A stretch of 32,000 bases of DNA from Pirellula staleyi DSM 6068 (lineage in GTDB: Bacteria; Planctomycetota; Planctomycetia; Pirellulales; Pirellulaceae), in contig CP001848.1 in assembly GCA_000025185.1 (NCBI GenBank), positions 1,530,001-1,562,000 of the forward strand. The letters are read 5' to 3'. The stretch's first letter is position 1, and each line of letters begins with the position of its first letter. A model generated the notes under the pieces. It saw only the letters and a list, made by a program, of their open reading frames with translations. It did not search any database and had not been told where the DNA came from. The position numbers and the translations under genes are program-made. Below, piece after piece: positions 15,791 through 24,615 of the stretch.

Positions 15791-17128
15791 CTACGGTCGT
15801 TCACTAGCGGGAATTTCGATCATCGTGAGACCGCAGCAGTCCCACGCTTTGCTTCCGCGGCTGATGTTCCAGTTGACATACAGCCGCTCGCCAGTGGCAT
15901 CGATCGCCGTGCTATAGGTCCCTTTGAGCGTGAAGCCATATTTTTCCTGATAGTGCGGCGCGAGGGAGCACAGAACCTTGCGCGTTTTGGTCTTGGTGTC
16001 CAGCTGCACGACAGCGCCACCATCGCGATCGCTGCCTCCATGTGCGCCGGGGACATAGTAGAGATAACGGCCCGTCGGATCGACATCGAGCGACGCAATG
16101 TACGCCTCGCCACCGACCGCTGCTGGTCCAATTTCGCGGACCGTTTCGGTTTTGGTATCGAGCGCGTAGATCATGGCGTCCGATCCTTTTTGCCCCGACG
16201 AAACGGTGTAAATCAAACCGTCGGGAGTCTCCATCGTCGCGGCTCGCATGCCGATTTGCGCGGCGAGTTTCACCGGCGCTTTGTCGGTCGCAGGGTCAAA
16301 CCGCATCAGGTCGCTCGTGTCGCTGTTGCCCGTCGTAAAATAAATCCGCCCGGTCGAAGCGGCATAGGCGATGTAGCGTGGTGGTCCGTTTTCACCAGCG
16401 TAGAGCAGTTTCTGATTGGCACAGTCGTACGCAAAAAACTGAATCGCTTGCGACGGCGCATCGGTCCCCGGCGCAGTCCCACCGTAGAAAATCAACCGCT
16501 TGGGATCGAGCACGCTGGTCGGCACGCAATGTTTTGGCACCGCCCCGATCGCCACCACTTCTCCCTGCCCACGCTCTGGATGACAGCGGACGATATAGTC
16601 GCCGACATAACCAAACTGATCGGCTGTCACTTTAGTGCTGCCCCGATGCGTGCTCATGTAGAGCCAGCCATCGCTCCCCAGATCGATGCGGCTGTGAATT
16701 TTCCCTGGGCGATACTTCCCTTCACTCACCGGAAGGATCTCGGCCAGGTCGAGGAGCTTGCGAAACTTACTGGTCGCCGGATCGAACTCAAAAACGCGCG
16801 CGTTCCCAGCAGGGGCGAGATGGTCGCCAATTGAGGCGTAGTATTTTCCACCGACTGCTAAACTATCCCCCCAGTTCGACCACGGTTTGCCAGCGTAGTC
16901 TTGCTCGGGGAAGTAGGCGAACGTCACGCGCGGCGCTTGCTTAGCCATCACGACCCCCTCGCGAATCGACGGCGCACGCACAAGGAATTTCTCCGACGTA
17001 TCGACCACCACCGCTTCGCCCCCCGCGAGCACCGGAGGAAAAACTGGCTCGGCTCCCTGGGCCCAAAGAGGCGCAGTAACGGCGAGCAGCAGGAGAAGTA
17101 GCGCACAGCGTGAACGTGGTGAAAACAT
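15791..17128 (-). CDS. secreted beta-propeller-like hypothetical protein
   Basis: I set the start at the ATG at 17128 (MFSPRSRCALLLLLLAVTAPLWAQG, signal peptide). Repeated strand-rich segments (GWLYMSTHRG, RLIFYGGTAPG, GRIYFTTGNS, GLIYTVSSGQ, RYLYYVPGAHGG, ERLYVNWN) suggest propeller blades. No specific family recognised. Confidence 0.8.
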   Translation of the reverse strand: MFSPRSRCALLLLLLAVTAPLWAQGAEPVFPPVLAGGEAVVVDTSEKFLVRAPSIREGVVMAKQAPRVTFAYFPEQDYAGKPWSNWGDSLAVGGKYYASIGDHLAPAGNARVFEFDPATSKFRKLLDLAEILPVSEGKYRPGKIHSRIDLGSDGWLYMSTHRGSTKVTADQFGYVGDYIVRCHPERGQGEVVAIGAVPKHCVPTSVLDPKRLIFYGGTAPGTDAPSQAIQFFAYDCANQKLLYAGENGPPRYIAYAASTGRIYFTTGNSDTSDLMRFDPATDKAPVKLAAQIGMRAATMETPDGLIYTVSSGQKGSDAMIYALDTKTETVREIGPAAVGGEAYIASLDVDPTGRYLYYVPGAHGGSDRDGGAVVQLDTKTKTRKVLCSLAPHYQEKYGFTLKGTYSTAIDATGERLYVNWNISRGSKAWDCCGLTMIEIPASERP

Positions 17129-17183
17129 GGCGAAATCTCGCGAAAAAAGGCTGTTTTGGGAGAGGAAAGTCACGCGGAAAAAA

Positions 17184-18908
17184 CTACTCCGGCTGAGCCG
17201 CTTCGGCGGCAATCGCCACGCGCTCATTCACGGCGATGGCACGGCGCACGACCGTTCCGCGCTGGTGGGGCCAAACGATTTTGAGATCGACCCGCTCGGC
17301 AGCGCCGAGTCCCACGTGGACCACAGCGGGCTGCGCCGAGGCATAACCAAAACCGACGGCCATTTCGCGCATGGCGAGCAGCGCGTCGGGCTGATCGAGC
17401 TTCCCAGCGGCGTAGACTTCGACGCGCGCCCCGATTCCCATCCGGTTCACTCCGTCGCGACCTTGCAGCGTCACTTGCAGCCAGTTGCCACACTTGGTTT
17501 CGTTCTTCAGCAGCAGCGAAGGGGCCTCGGGCCACCAACTGGCCAGGAACATATCGAGACGTCCATCGTGATCGAAGTCGGCGGTGGGTCCCGGCGCGGC
17601 GTAGAAGATTTTCTTCTCGGCGAGCATATGCGGAAAGAAAGCGCCGGCCCCTTTCTTTGCGCGATCGGCATCGGTCGGAAAATCGTTCACCGCGAGCGTT
17701 TGCTCGGTGAATTGCGGAATGCCATCCTTCACCCCGCGATGCTCGAATATCATCGGAAACGCCTTGTTATCCGCGAATTTCACCATACTGGCGTAGAGAT
17801 CGATCCAGCCATCGTTGTTGAAATCTTGCAGCTCGACATGCGGCGCTTTCATCGGCAGCGCGACGAGTCCCGCGGCTGTCGAAACCTCTTCAAACTTAGG
17901 CACACCATCGTTGATCCCGCGATTGAGGTAGAGCCTGATGCCAACCGGTTTGGTCCAGGGAGAATCGAAGTGAGGACCGAGCACGATATCGACCAGCCCA
18001 TCCCGATTGAGATCGACCATCGAGACGCCGCAGACCATGTTGTCCCCCTTAGCTTCGGGCCAAGCGAAGGTGGCGCGCGATCCGGGCGCTTCGACGAATT
18101 TTCCTTTCGTGTCATTGAGAAATAGCACGTTGCCACCTTGCTGCGCGGCGATGAACAGGTCGGGCCAGGTGTCTCCACTGACATCCGCTGCAGCGACCCC
18201 GAGTCCTGGAATTCCAGCGGGAATGCCGACTTCCTGCGTCACGTCGGCGAACTTCATTTCCCCTAAATTTCGCAGCAGACGGGAACTGCGGGTGGGGCTG
18301 CCACTGTAGCCTCCCGCGAGTGGTTCTTCGCCGACGAGCAGATCGAGCAGACCATCCCCATCGAAGTCGAGAGTCGTCGCGCTTCGGCCGCCGAACTCGG
18401 CCGGGCATGCGCCACTCGCTTCACTGATGTCGGTGAATGTCCCTTTCCCATCGCCGCGAAAGAGGGCACAGCCTCGCAGACCAGTCTTCACCTGCGGCAT
18501 GCTCGAGACATAGAGATCGAGATCGCCATCGTTATCGAGGTCGACCAGCAGCGAGCCGGTGGCGCGGGTCGAGATGCGGGGCTCTTCGCGCTCGTCGAGT
18601 ACCAACTTTCCTTGCCGATTGAAGAAGAGCTGGTTCGGCTTGGTTCCCGTTTTATGAAATGTGGCGACGTAGAGATCTTCCCAGCCATCGCCGTCGACAT
18701 CTCCCCAGCCAGCAGCGTGTCCTTGAATCCCCGCAAGCGCCGGAAAGAGTCCCCGCTCGGCCGCCAGATCGCGAAACGTAAAGCCGGTCGGCTCTGCGGC
18801 AACAGGTAGCACAGCCTGCTGCGCGTGAAGCGCGTGGACAAAGCAGGTGGTCAGTAGCAGAAGCGCGAGGCGAGCGAAACGAAGGGACCGTTGGCGAGCG
18901 AGGAACAT
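17184..18908 (-). CDS. CRTAC1-family protein (FG-GAP/VCBS repeats plus ASPIC/UnbV C-terminal domain), secreted
   Basis: Signal peptide MFLARQRSLRFARLALLLLTTCFVHALHAQQ. Repeated Ca-binding-like DxDxDG motifs (DVDGDGWEDLYV, DLDNDGDLDLYV, DFDGDGLLDLLV, DLNRDGLVDIVL, DFNNDGWIDLYA, DFDHDGRLDMFL). ASPIC/UnbV-like tail (NWLQVTLQGRDGVNRMGIGARVEVYAAGK...GYASAQPAVVHVGLG). Confidence 0.9.
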   Translation of the reverse strand: MFLARQRSLRFARLALLLLTTCFVHALHAQQAVLPVAAEPTGFTFRDLAAERGLFPALAGIQGHAAGWGDVDGDGWEDLYVATFHKTGTKPNQLFFNRQGKLVLDEREEPRISTRATGSLLVDLDNDGDLDLYVSSMPQVKTGLRGCALFRGDGKGTFTDISEASGACPAEFGGRSATTLDFDGDGLLDLLVGEEPLAGGYSGSPTRSSRLLRNLGEMKFADVTQEVGIPAGIPGLGVAAADVSGDTWPDLFIAAQQGGNVLFLNDTKGKFVEAPGSRATFAWPEAKGDNMVCGVSMVDLNRDGLVDIVLGPHFDSPWTKPVGIRLYLNRGINDGVPKFEEVSTAAGLVALPMKAPHVELQDFNNDGWIDLYASMVKFADNKAFPMIFEHRGVKDGIPQFTEQTLAVNDFPTDADRAKKGAGAFFPHMLAEKKIFYAAPGPTADFDHDGRLDMFLASWWPEAPSLLLKNETKCGNWLQVTLQGRDGVNRMGIGARVEVYAAGKLDQPDALLAMREMAVGFGYASAQPAVVHVGLGAAERVDLKIVWPHQRGTVVRRAIAVNERVAIAAEAAQPE

Positions 18909-18971
18909 GGCGGGATCTCCACGAAGGCATGCGCGAGCAGGAGGCTTCGGGAGATTATTGAAAGCTGTGGG

Positions 18972-19007
18972 GGGAGCAGGGTCCAGTAAATTCTGGAACT
19001 TGCTCCC
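18972..19007 (-). terminator. intergenic stem-loop downstream of the P-type ATPase gene (candidate terminator or attenuator)
   Basis: gggagca (18972-18978) pairs with tgctccc (19001-19007). The inner ggtccag (18980-18986) pairs with ctggaac (18993-18999) with one mismatch. It lies 11 nt after the ATPase stop. There is no strong U-tract, so the call is tentative. Confidence 0.4.
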
Positions 19008-19017
19008 GGCGTCGTGC

Positions 19018-21801
19018 TTACGGACGTGGGGCTGCTGGATGCCAGCGGTACCACAGATCGATCGACATTTTCTCGAACTCGACCACCAGATGGACCACGA
19101 TCGAGACGATCAAAATCGCGAGCCAATCGATGGGGCGAATCGGCGCCGAATGGAAGCAGGTCTGCATGATCGGAACATAGGTGTAGATCAGCTGCAGTAG
19201 GATCGTGAGCAAACAGCCGACCCAGATCCATGGGTTCGAGAAGAGCCCCAGACCGAAGATCGAGTGCGCCAAACTGCGACAATTCAGCAGGTAGAACATC
19301 GACGCAATCACAAACACGTTCACTGCGACGGTGCGGGCCGCTTCCGGACTCTGGCCTTGCGAGAGGGACCATTCGAAGAGTCCAAACGAGCCTGCCAGGA
19401 GGAGCAGACCAACAAGCACGATCCGGCCGAGCAAGATGCGCGTGAGGATCGGCGTTTTCGGATCGCGCGGCTGTCGGTTCATGATGCCGGGCTCTTTCGG
19501 CTCGAAGGCGAGCATCAGTCCCAGCAGCACCGCGGTGGTCATGTTGATCCACAAAATTTGGACCGGCAAGATCGGAAGCGTGATGCCGAGCATCGTAGCG
19601 ACAAGGATGACGAGTCCTTCACCGAGGTTCGTCGGGAGGGTCCAAACGATGAACTTCGTGAGGTTATCAAACACGCTGCGACCTTCTTCGACAGCCGACT
19701 CGATGGTCGAGAAGTTATCGTCGGTCAGCACCACATGGGCCGCCTCTTTCGAGACTTCGGTGCCGGTGATTCCCATCGCCACACCGATGTTGGCTTGCTT
19801 GAGCGCGGGGGCATCGTTCACGCCGTCGCCGGTCATGGCGACGATGTTTCCCGAGGCTTGCAGCGCGCGCACGAGTCGCAGCTTTTGCTCGGGACTGACG
19901 CGGGCAAAGACCGCGCAGGAATTGGCGACGGCTGGGAGATCGGCGTCGGCGATTTCACTCACCTGATGACCCGTGAGGGCGCGGAGCTTACCGGCCGGAT
20001 CACGTTCCCCTTCGATGCCGAGCAGATCGGCGATGGTGGCAGCGGTGAGGGCGTGGTCGCCAGTGATCATCTTCACGGCGATGCCGGCATGCTGCACTTT
20101 GGCGATCGAGGCGGCAGCTTCGGCGCGGGGCGGATCGATCATCGCTTGCAGGCCGACGAAGACGAGCCCTGTGCTCAGCGTTTCGCGGACGAGTGGCTCT
20201 TCGCATTCGATGCCGAGGCAGGGCTCTTCGCGCATCGCAAACGCTAGCACGCGCATGCCGCGCGCGGCATAGTTGTGCGCTTCGGCGAGGACCCGCTCGG
20301 CGTCGAAATCTTGTTTATTCCCCTCGCTAGAGAGCTGTTTTTGGCAGAGGGGCAAGACCCGCTCGACCGCTCCTTTGAGAAACAGGAGTCGCCGCTGACC
20401 GTGACGATGGAGTGTTGCCATGTACTGATGCTGCGACTCGAAGGCGATGGCATCGAGCCGTGGATACATCTCGAGCATGGCATCGTGCTGCATCCCAATT
20501 TTGGCAGCCGAGGCAATCAGGGCCCCTTCGGTTGGGTCGCCAGCGACGGTGATTCGCTCCCCACCCAGTTCCAGCCGCGCATCGTTGCACAGGAGACCTG
20601 CGAGCAGCGTTTCGCGTAGCGGAGGGGGAAGATCGGTCGGATCGAGCGGCTGATTTTCGAGGCGCACTTCCCCCTCGAGAGCAAACCCATCGCCCGTCAC
20701 GTGATAGTGCTCCCCGCCCGCAAAAATGTGGCGCACCGTCATCTGGTTTTGCGTGAGGGTGCCGGTCTTGTCGCTGCAGATCACCGTGACACTGCCGAGC
20801 GTTTCGACGGCAGGCAATTTGCGAATGATCGCGCGGCGCTTCGCCATGCGACTCACGCCGATGGCGAGCAAAATGGTGACTGCGGCGGGAAGACCTTCGG
20901 GGATTGCGCCGACCGCTAGCGCCACCGCTGCTTTGAACGACTCGACGAGCGTTTGACCATGCCAAACACCGACCGCGCAGGTGACAGCAGCGAGGAGCAA
21001 GATGGCGATCAGCAGCACGCGGCTGAACTTCTCGATCTTGGCTGTCAGCGGAGTGGTGAGGTCGGTGGTCGCGGCCATCAGCTCGGAAATTCGGCCGATT
21101 TCTGTCTCTTTTCCGGTCGCTACGACCACGCCGCGGGCGGTGCCGTAGGTGATGAGCGAGGAGCAGAACGCTTGATTCGAGCGGTCGGCTAGTCCCGTCG
21201 AGGGTGGAAGTGGATCGACGGTTTTACTGGCCGGGAGCGATTCGCCGGTGAGCGCCGCGTCGTCGGCTTGCAGGTCGCGGACATGCACCAGCCGCAGATC
21301 GGCCGGAACACGATCCCCCGACTGCAGCAGCACGAGATCGCCGGGGACCAGTTCTTCGGAGGGAATCTCGAGCTGCTCGCCATCGCGCACCACGCGAGCT
21401 TCGGTGGTGAGGGTTTTGGAGAGGGAGTCGAGAGCGCGAATCGCCTTCGACTCTTGCAAGAAGCCGATGATCGCATTCACCAGCACGACCCCGAGGATCA
21501 CCAGCGCGTCGACCCAATCTTTGAGCACGAGGGTGATGAGCCCGGCGGCGATCAAAATGTAAACGAGCGGCTGGTGCAGCTGGAGCAAGAACCGCAAGAT
21601 CGCCGAGTCCCGTTTGCCGGGGGGGAGTTGGTTCGGGCCGTAGATGCGGCGACGCTCGAGCACTTCCGCCGCGCTCAGTCCCTCTTCGAGATTGGTCTGC
21701 CAGGCACTCTCCACCTCTTCAGGTCGCAGCGCAAAGGGAGGTTGCTCTGGGGCAAGTTTCACAGGGGGTGGTTCCATCACGCTGGCGAGGACAGGGTTCA
21801 T
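19018..21801 (-). CDS. cation-translocating P-type ATPase (P2-type, Ca2+/Mg2+-ATPase-like)
   Basis: 927 aa with an ATG start. Motifs: TGES (LTGESLPASK), M4 IPEGLPAAVT, phosphorylation site CSDKTGTLTQN, KGAVERVL, MITGDHALTA, and hinge MTGDGVNDAPALKQANIGVAMG. Ten predicted TM-type segments. Confidence 0.95.
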   Translation of the reverse strand: MNPVLASVMEPPPVKLAPEQPPFALRPEEVESAWQTNLEEGLSAAEVLERRRIYGPNQLPPGKRDSAILRFLLQLHQPLVYILIAAGLITLVLKDWVDALVILGVVLVNAIIGFLQESKAIRALDSLSKTLTTEARVVRDGEQLEIPSEELVPGDLVLLQSGDRVPADLRLVHVRDLQADDAALTGESLPASKTVDPLPPSTGLADRSNQAFCSSLITYGTARGVVVATGKETEIGRISELMAATTDLTTPLTAKIEKFSRVLLIAILLLAAVTCAVGVWHGQTLVESFKAAVALAVGAIPEGLPAAVTILLAIGVSRMAKRRAIIRKLPAVETLGSVTVICSDKTGTLTQNQMTVRHIFAGGEHYHVTGDGFALEGEVRLENQPLDPTDLPPPLRETLLAGLLCNDARLELGGERITVAGDPTEGALIASAAKIGMQHDAMLEMYPRLDAIAFESQHQYMATLHRHGQRRLLFLKGAVERVLPLCQKQLSSEGNKQDFDAERVLAEAHNYAARGMRVLAFAMREEPCLGIECEEPLVRETLSTGLVFVGLQAMIDPPRAEAAASIAKVQHAGIAVKMITGDHALTAATIADLLGIEGERDPAGKLRALTGHQVSEIADADLPAVANSCAVFARVSPEQKLRLVRALQASGNIVAMTGDGVNDAPALKQANIGVAMGITGTEVSKEAAHVVLTDDNFSTIESAVEEGRSVFDNLTKFIVWTLPTNLGEGLVILVATMLGITLPILPVQILWINMTTAVLLGLMLAFEPKEPGIMNRQPRDPKTPILTRILLGRIVLVGLLLLAGSFGLFEWSLSQGQSPEAARTVAVNVFVIASMFYLLNCRSLAHSIFGLGLFSNPWIWVGCLLTILLQLIYTYVPIMQTCFHSAPIRPIDWLAILIVSIVVHLVVEFEKMSIDLWYRWHPAAPRP

Positions 21802-21861
21802 GAGTTTACAGAGGTGCTGCGGGAGATTGAACTGTAACCGAAACGAGGCCTGCAGATGGGA

Positions 21862-22143
21862 TTAATCGAAATCGAACAGGTTGCTCCAGAACGATTCGCG
21901 CCGTTTGTACTCGCGAGAATCTTTGTGGCGCGGAGGCTGCTCTTCGTACACTCCACGGCGGGGTGAGCCGTCGCGCGGCCGGTCGTGATCACTATCGTCA
22001 TCTGCAACTGCCGCGCCGACCGCAATCAGCTTGTCGAGCTCGCCCCGATCGAGCCAGACGCCGCGACACTGGGGGCAATAGTCGATTTCGATTCCGCGTC
22101 GCTCGCCGATCACCAGCGTGACGTTACAGCTGGGGCATTGCAT
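21862..22143 (-). CDS. zinc-ribbon protein (zf-TFIIB-type CxxC...CxxC domain)
   Basis: I set the start at the ATG at 22143 (MQCPSCNVTLVIGERRGIEIDYCPQCRGVWLDRGELDKL), preceded by AGGAG about 8 nt upstream. Four Cys form a ribbon, followed by a charged tail ending SFWSNLFDFD. Confidence 0.75.
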   Translation of the reverse strand: MQCPSCNVTLVIGERRGIEIDYCPQCRGVWLDRGELDKLIAVGAAVADDDSDHDRPRDGSPRRGVYEEQPPRHKDSREYKRRESFWSNLFDFD

Positions 22144-22355
22144 GATAGCACTCCTGAAATAGCGTAAATTCCCTAGAAAACGGGGCTTTCCGGGTCTCAC
22201 AGGGCCCTGGTAAAGCTCGACGGTGGAATTAATACGCAGGAGAGCTGCTTAGGACCAGTAGAAGAATTAGCGCAGAGCAATAGATAAAATCGATGAATGG
22301 TGCGCTGGCCGGGGAGTGCTCGAGTGTCACGGCCGAGGGGGATGCGTGTGCGAAA

Positions 22356-22384
22356 TCGCGCAGCTGAGCAGCAGGCCTGCGCGA
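22356..22384 (-). terminator. candidate intrinsic terminator after the permease gene
   Basis: On the minus strand the sequence reads tcgcgcag-(13-nt loop)-ctgcgcga followed by tttcgc. The 8-bp GC-rich stem starts 8 nt after the stop at 22392-22394. The U-tract is short. Confidence 0.4.
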
Positions 22385-22391
22385 TGCATCG

Positions 22392-23984
22392 CTACGAGCG
22401 TGGCGCGGCGACTGGCTGCGCATCGGGTGCAGCGGTGGGATGGTTTTCGAGTTCGCGGGCAAACGAGTCGCGCATCCGGTCGTAGGCGCGATGGACTTCG
22501 CGCACCATCTGCTTTGTCCCTTCGGCGTGACCATCTTCGACTTCGTGGCGCAAGAGCTCGAGCTTCTCGCGCAAGATCTTGGCCTTCACATGCTGGTAGC
22601 GCGAGAGCTGGAAGTGTCGCAAAAAGACACCGACCTCCAAGCGCCGTGTCCAAGCATCCCACACGCCGATGTAGTGCGAGGTCTTCGCGACATCTCCGAC
22701 GTTGGCCGACGAGATGGCATCGGCGCGCACCATCTGCATCTCGGCAAAGACCTCTTTCGGCGCAGGATAGTAGGCATAGCAGCCGACAATACTGAGCGCA
22801 AAAATGCCGACCAGGATCGTCATGCCGACAATCGGCGCGGGGATGATGATGTCGTACTTCGTGGCGGGGCGCGACACCTCGCGACGCTCGAGCCAGGCTT
22901 CGATCTTCTCGTGCGGATCGATGCGCCACAGGAGGAGTCCCACCAGCGTGATGCCGAGGAGCGCCACGATCGGCGCGAGCGCAAAGGGGCTAAGCGTTTC
23001 GCGCAGACGCGCGAGTGTCAGGATGGTCAGATTCGTTTCGCCGAGATGATATGGATTGCAGTAGATGTCGAAGGCGTGCGTGTGATCCGAGGGATCGACG
23101 TCGTAGGGATGCATCGGGCCGTCGATGGCGTAGGCCATACCGAGGCCAGCCACAATCAGCATCGCGAACCACGCAGAAGCTTTTTTCCAGCCGTACTGCA
23201 CGAAAATCCACGCGACGAGCCCCAGATTGAGCCCCGCGCCGAGGGTGAGAAGTTGTAGCGAAGCGCCGGCCGAATTCGCATGCTGAAACATCGAGCCGAG
23301 CTGACTCATCGCCAAGGTTGGTGTGGAATACGCAGGAACGGCGACCCAGGTCATTGTCCACGGGGCCCACGGATTGCCACCATTCATGGCCCGCTGCAGT
23401 GCGCCGTGCGGCAACATGCCAGCCAAGATCGCCGAGCCCAAAATGCCGATCAGCATGTAGATCATCGACGCGCCTGCCGACTCGCGAAACACGACGAGCA
23501 AGACCGAGGCCATGCGTGGCCAACCAGCTTGTACGGCGGGAGAGATCGGCTCGCGCGTTTCGCTATCGGGATAGAAATAGTCCCACAGCGAACCGACCAC
23601 CATCACGAGCACGAGTGAGCAGAGCGCGAACGTAAAGACGACGATCGGCTTGCTGAGGGTGAGGCCGTAGAGGAGCGATAGCGGATCGAACAGCGGCTGC
23701 GAAAGTGCGAACGCGAGAACAGCTCCACCGGTGAGTCCCGCCCGGCGCAGCTCGCGCGAGATCGGAATCACGCCGAGCGAGCAGCCCGGCAGGAGCATGC
23801 CGATGATCCACGACTGCAGCAAGCTTTGCCAACCACTCCCACCAAAGATCCGTTTGGTCTGCTGCTGCCCGACGAGTCGTCGTAAAACGCCGGTCACAAA
23901 CAGGCTGACCAAAATGGTAGGAGCCGCCAGCGCCAGCGCTTGGACGAATCGGAGGAGCGTGCCGTAGAGAGCCAGTTCGAGCAT
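22392..23984 (-). CDS. ArsP/DUF318-type permease fused to a C-terminal TM-plus-helical cytoplasmic extension
   Basis: I set the start at the ATG at 23984..23982 (MLELALYGTLLRF). It overlaps the upstream stop as TAATG. The track extension to 24170 is Arg/Ala-rich junk. The motif IIGMLLPGCSLGVIPISREL resembles the conserved P-x-C-S-C-G-x-x-P loop of predicted permeases (PF03773 type), here with CSL. An extra roughly 190-aa C-terminal region follows (IIIPAPIVGMTILVGIFALSIVGCYAYY then a helical EVFAEMQMVRAD...LELLRHEVEDGHAEG). Confidence 0.85.
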   Translation of the reverse strand: MLELALYGTLLRFVQALALAAPTILVSLFVTGVLRRLVGQQQTKRIFGGSGWQSLLQSWIIGMLLPGCSLGVIPISRELRRAGLTGGAVLAFALSQPLFDPLSLLYGLTLSKPIVVFTFALCSLVLVMVVGSLWDYFYPDSETREPISPAVQAGWPRMASVLLVVFRESAGASMIYMLIGILGSAILAGMLPHGALQRAMNGGNPWAPWTMTWVAVPAYSTPTLAMSQLGSMFQHANSAGASLQLLTLGAGLNLGLVAWIFVQYGWKKASAWFAMLIVAGLGMAYAIDGPMHPYDVDPSDHTHAFDIYCNPYHLGETNLTILTLARLRETLSPFALAPIVALLGITLVGLLLWRIDPHEKIEAWLERREVSRPATKYDIIIPAPIVGMTILVGIFALSIVGCYAYYPAPKEVFAEMQMVRADAISSANVGDVAKTSHYIGVWDAWTRRLEVGVFLRHFQLSRYQHVKAKILREKLELLRHEVEDGHAEGTKQMVREVHRAYDRMRDSFARELENHPTAAPDAQPVAAPRS

Positions 23985-24487
23985 TACGGGTCTCGCGATT
24001 CCGAGGAGGGTTGCTTGTCGGGTGGCATCTGCGCCGCCGCTTGCTCCAGACGCTCGAGTGAGCGCTTCACGAGTGGCTCGAGCGCCACCAATCGCTCGAG
24101 CGTCTGCGCGCTGCTTGCCTGCTCGAGCCCCTCGGCAAGCTGCTGAGAAACGGCGTCGACTTCGTTCCACGGAGTTTCGGCAAGGTCGCTATCGCCGGCG
24201 ATTTCCGGCAGCCAGCGGACAATATCGAGCAGCATCTTCAGCTGATCGTCAGCAGTCGGCTGGCTCGACTTCATCGCGGCAGTGACCGCCCGGTAACGGA
24301 GATCGATTTGCACAATCGCGCGGCGCAGGTCGCGCGGTCGATGCTCCGGCACATGATGCTCGAGATGGTCGTCGTGCGCAGACTCGGTCGAACTGCACCC
24401 CGCCAAGGCGACGAGAAGCGCCGTCAGCAGCGTAGCGATCCCGGCCCCGATTCGGCCCATCGATCTGGCGCAGAGAGTTCGGTGCAT
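23984..24487 (-). CDS. lipoprotein with a His-rich N-terminal segment (putative metal-binding partner of the permease)
   Basis: Lipobox LVALAGCSS after a hydrophobic h-region. Immediately after the lipidated Cys comes STESAHDDHLEHHVPEHRP, with 5 His in 12 residues. The remainder is helical. The ATG at 24487 and the ATG at 24460 are both possible starts. It is translationally coupled to the permease. Confidence 0.75.
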   Translation of the reverse strand: MHRTLCARSMGRIGAGIATLLTALLVALAGCSSTESAHDDHLEHHVPEHRPRDLRRAIVQIDLRYRAVTAAMKSSQPTADDQLKMLLDIVRWLPEIAGDSDLAETPWNEVDAVSQQLAEGLEQASSAQTLERLVALEPLVKRSLERLEQAAAQMPPDKQPSSESRDP

Positions 24488-24546
24488 CAGCGTCGCTCGC
24501 AGGAAAAGTGTAGCGACTCGAAAATGACGCCGCTTATATCCTGCTA

Positions 24547-24574
24547 GTTATACGCAAATGCAAAATCGTTGCAA
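24547..24574 (-). promoter_or_regulatory. sigma70-like promoter candidate for the lipoprotein-permease operon
   Basis: The minus strand reads TTGCAA (24574..24569), a 16-nt spacer, then TATAAC (24552..24547). This is about 60 nt upstream of the ATG at 24487. It overlaps the TGCA-N7-TGCA palindrome at 24559-24573. Confidence 0.4.
24559..24573. promoter_or_regulatory. palindrome TGCAA-AATCG-TTGCA (TGCA-N7-TGCA), candidate operator
   Basis: Perfect 5+5 inverted repeat, preceded at 24543-24550 by gctagtta. A related arrangement recurs at 25234-25271. Confidence 0.35.
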
Positions 24575-24615
24575 ACGTAGCTGCGGCAGAAATTAATAGA
24601 GCTGTCTCCCCCGCA

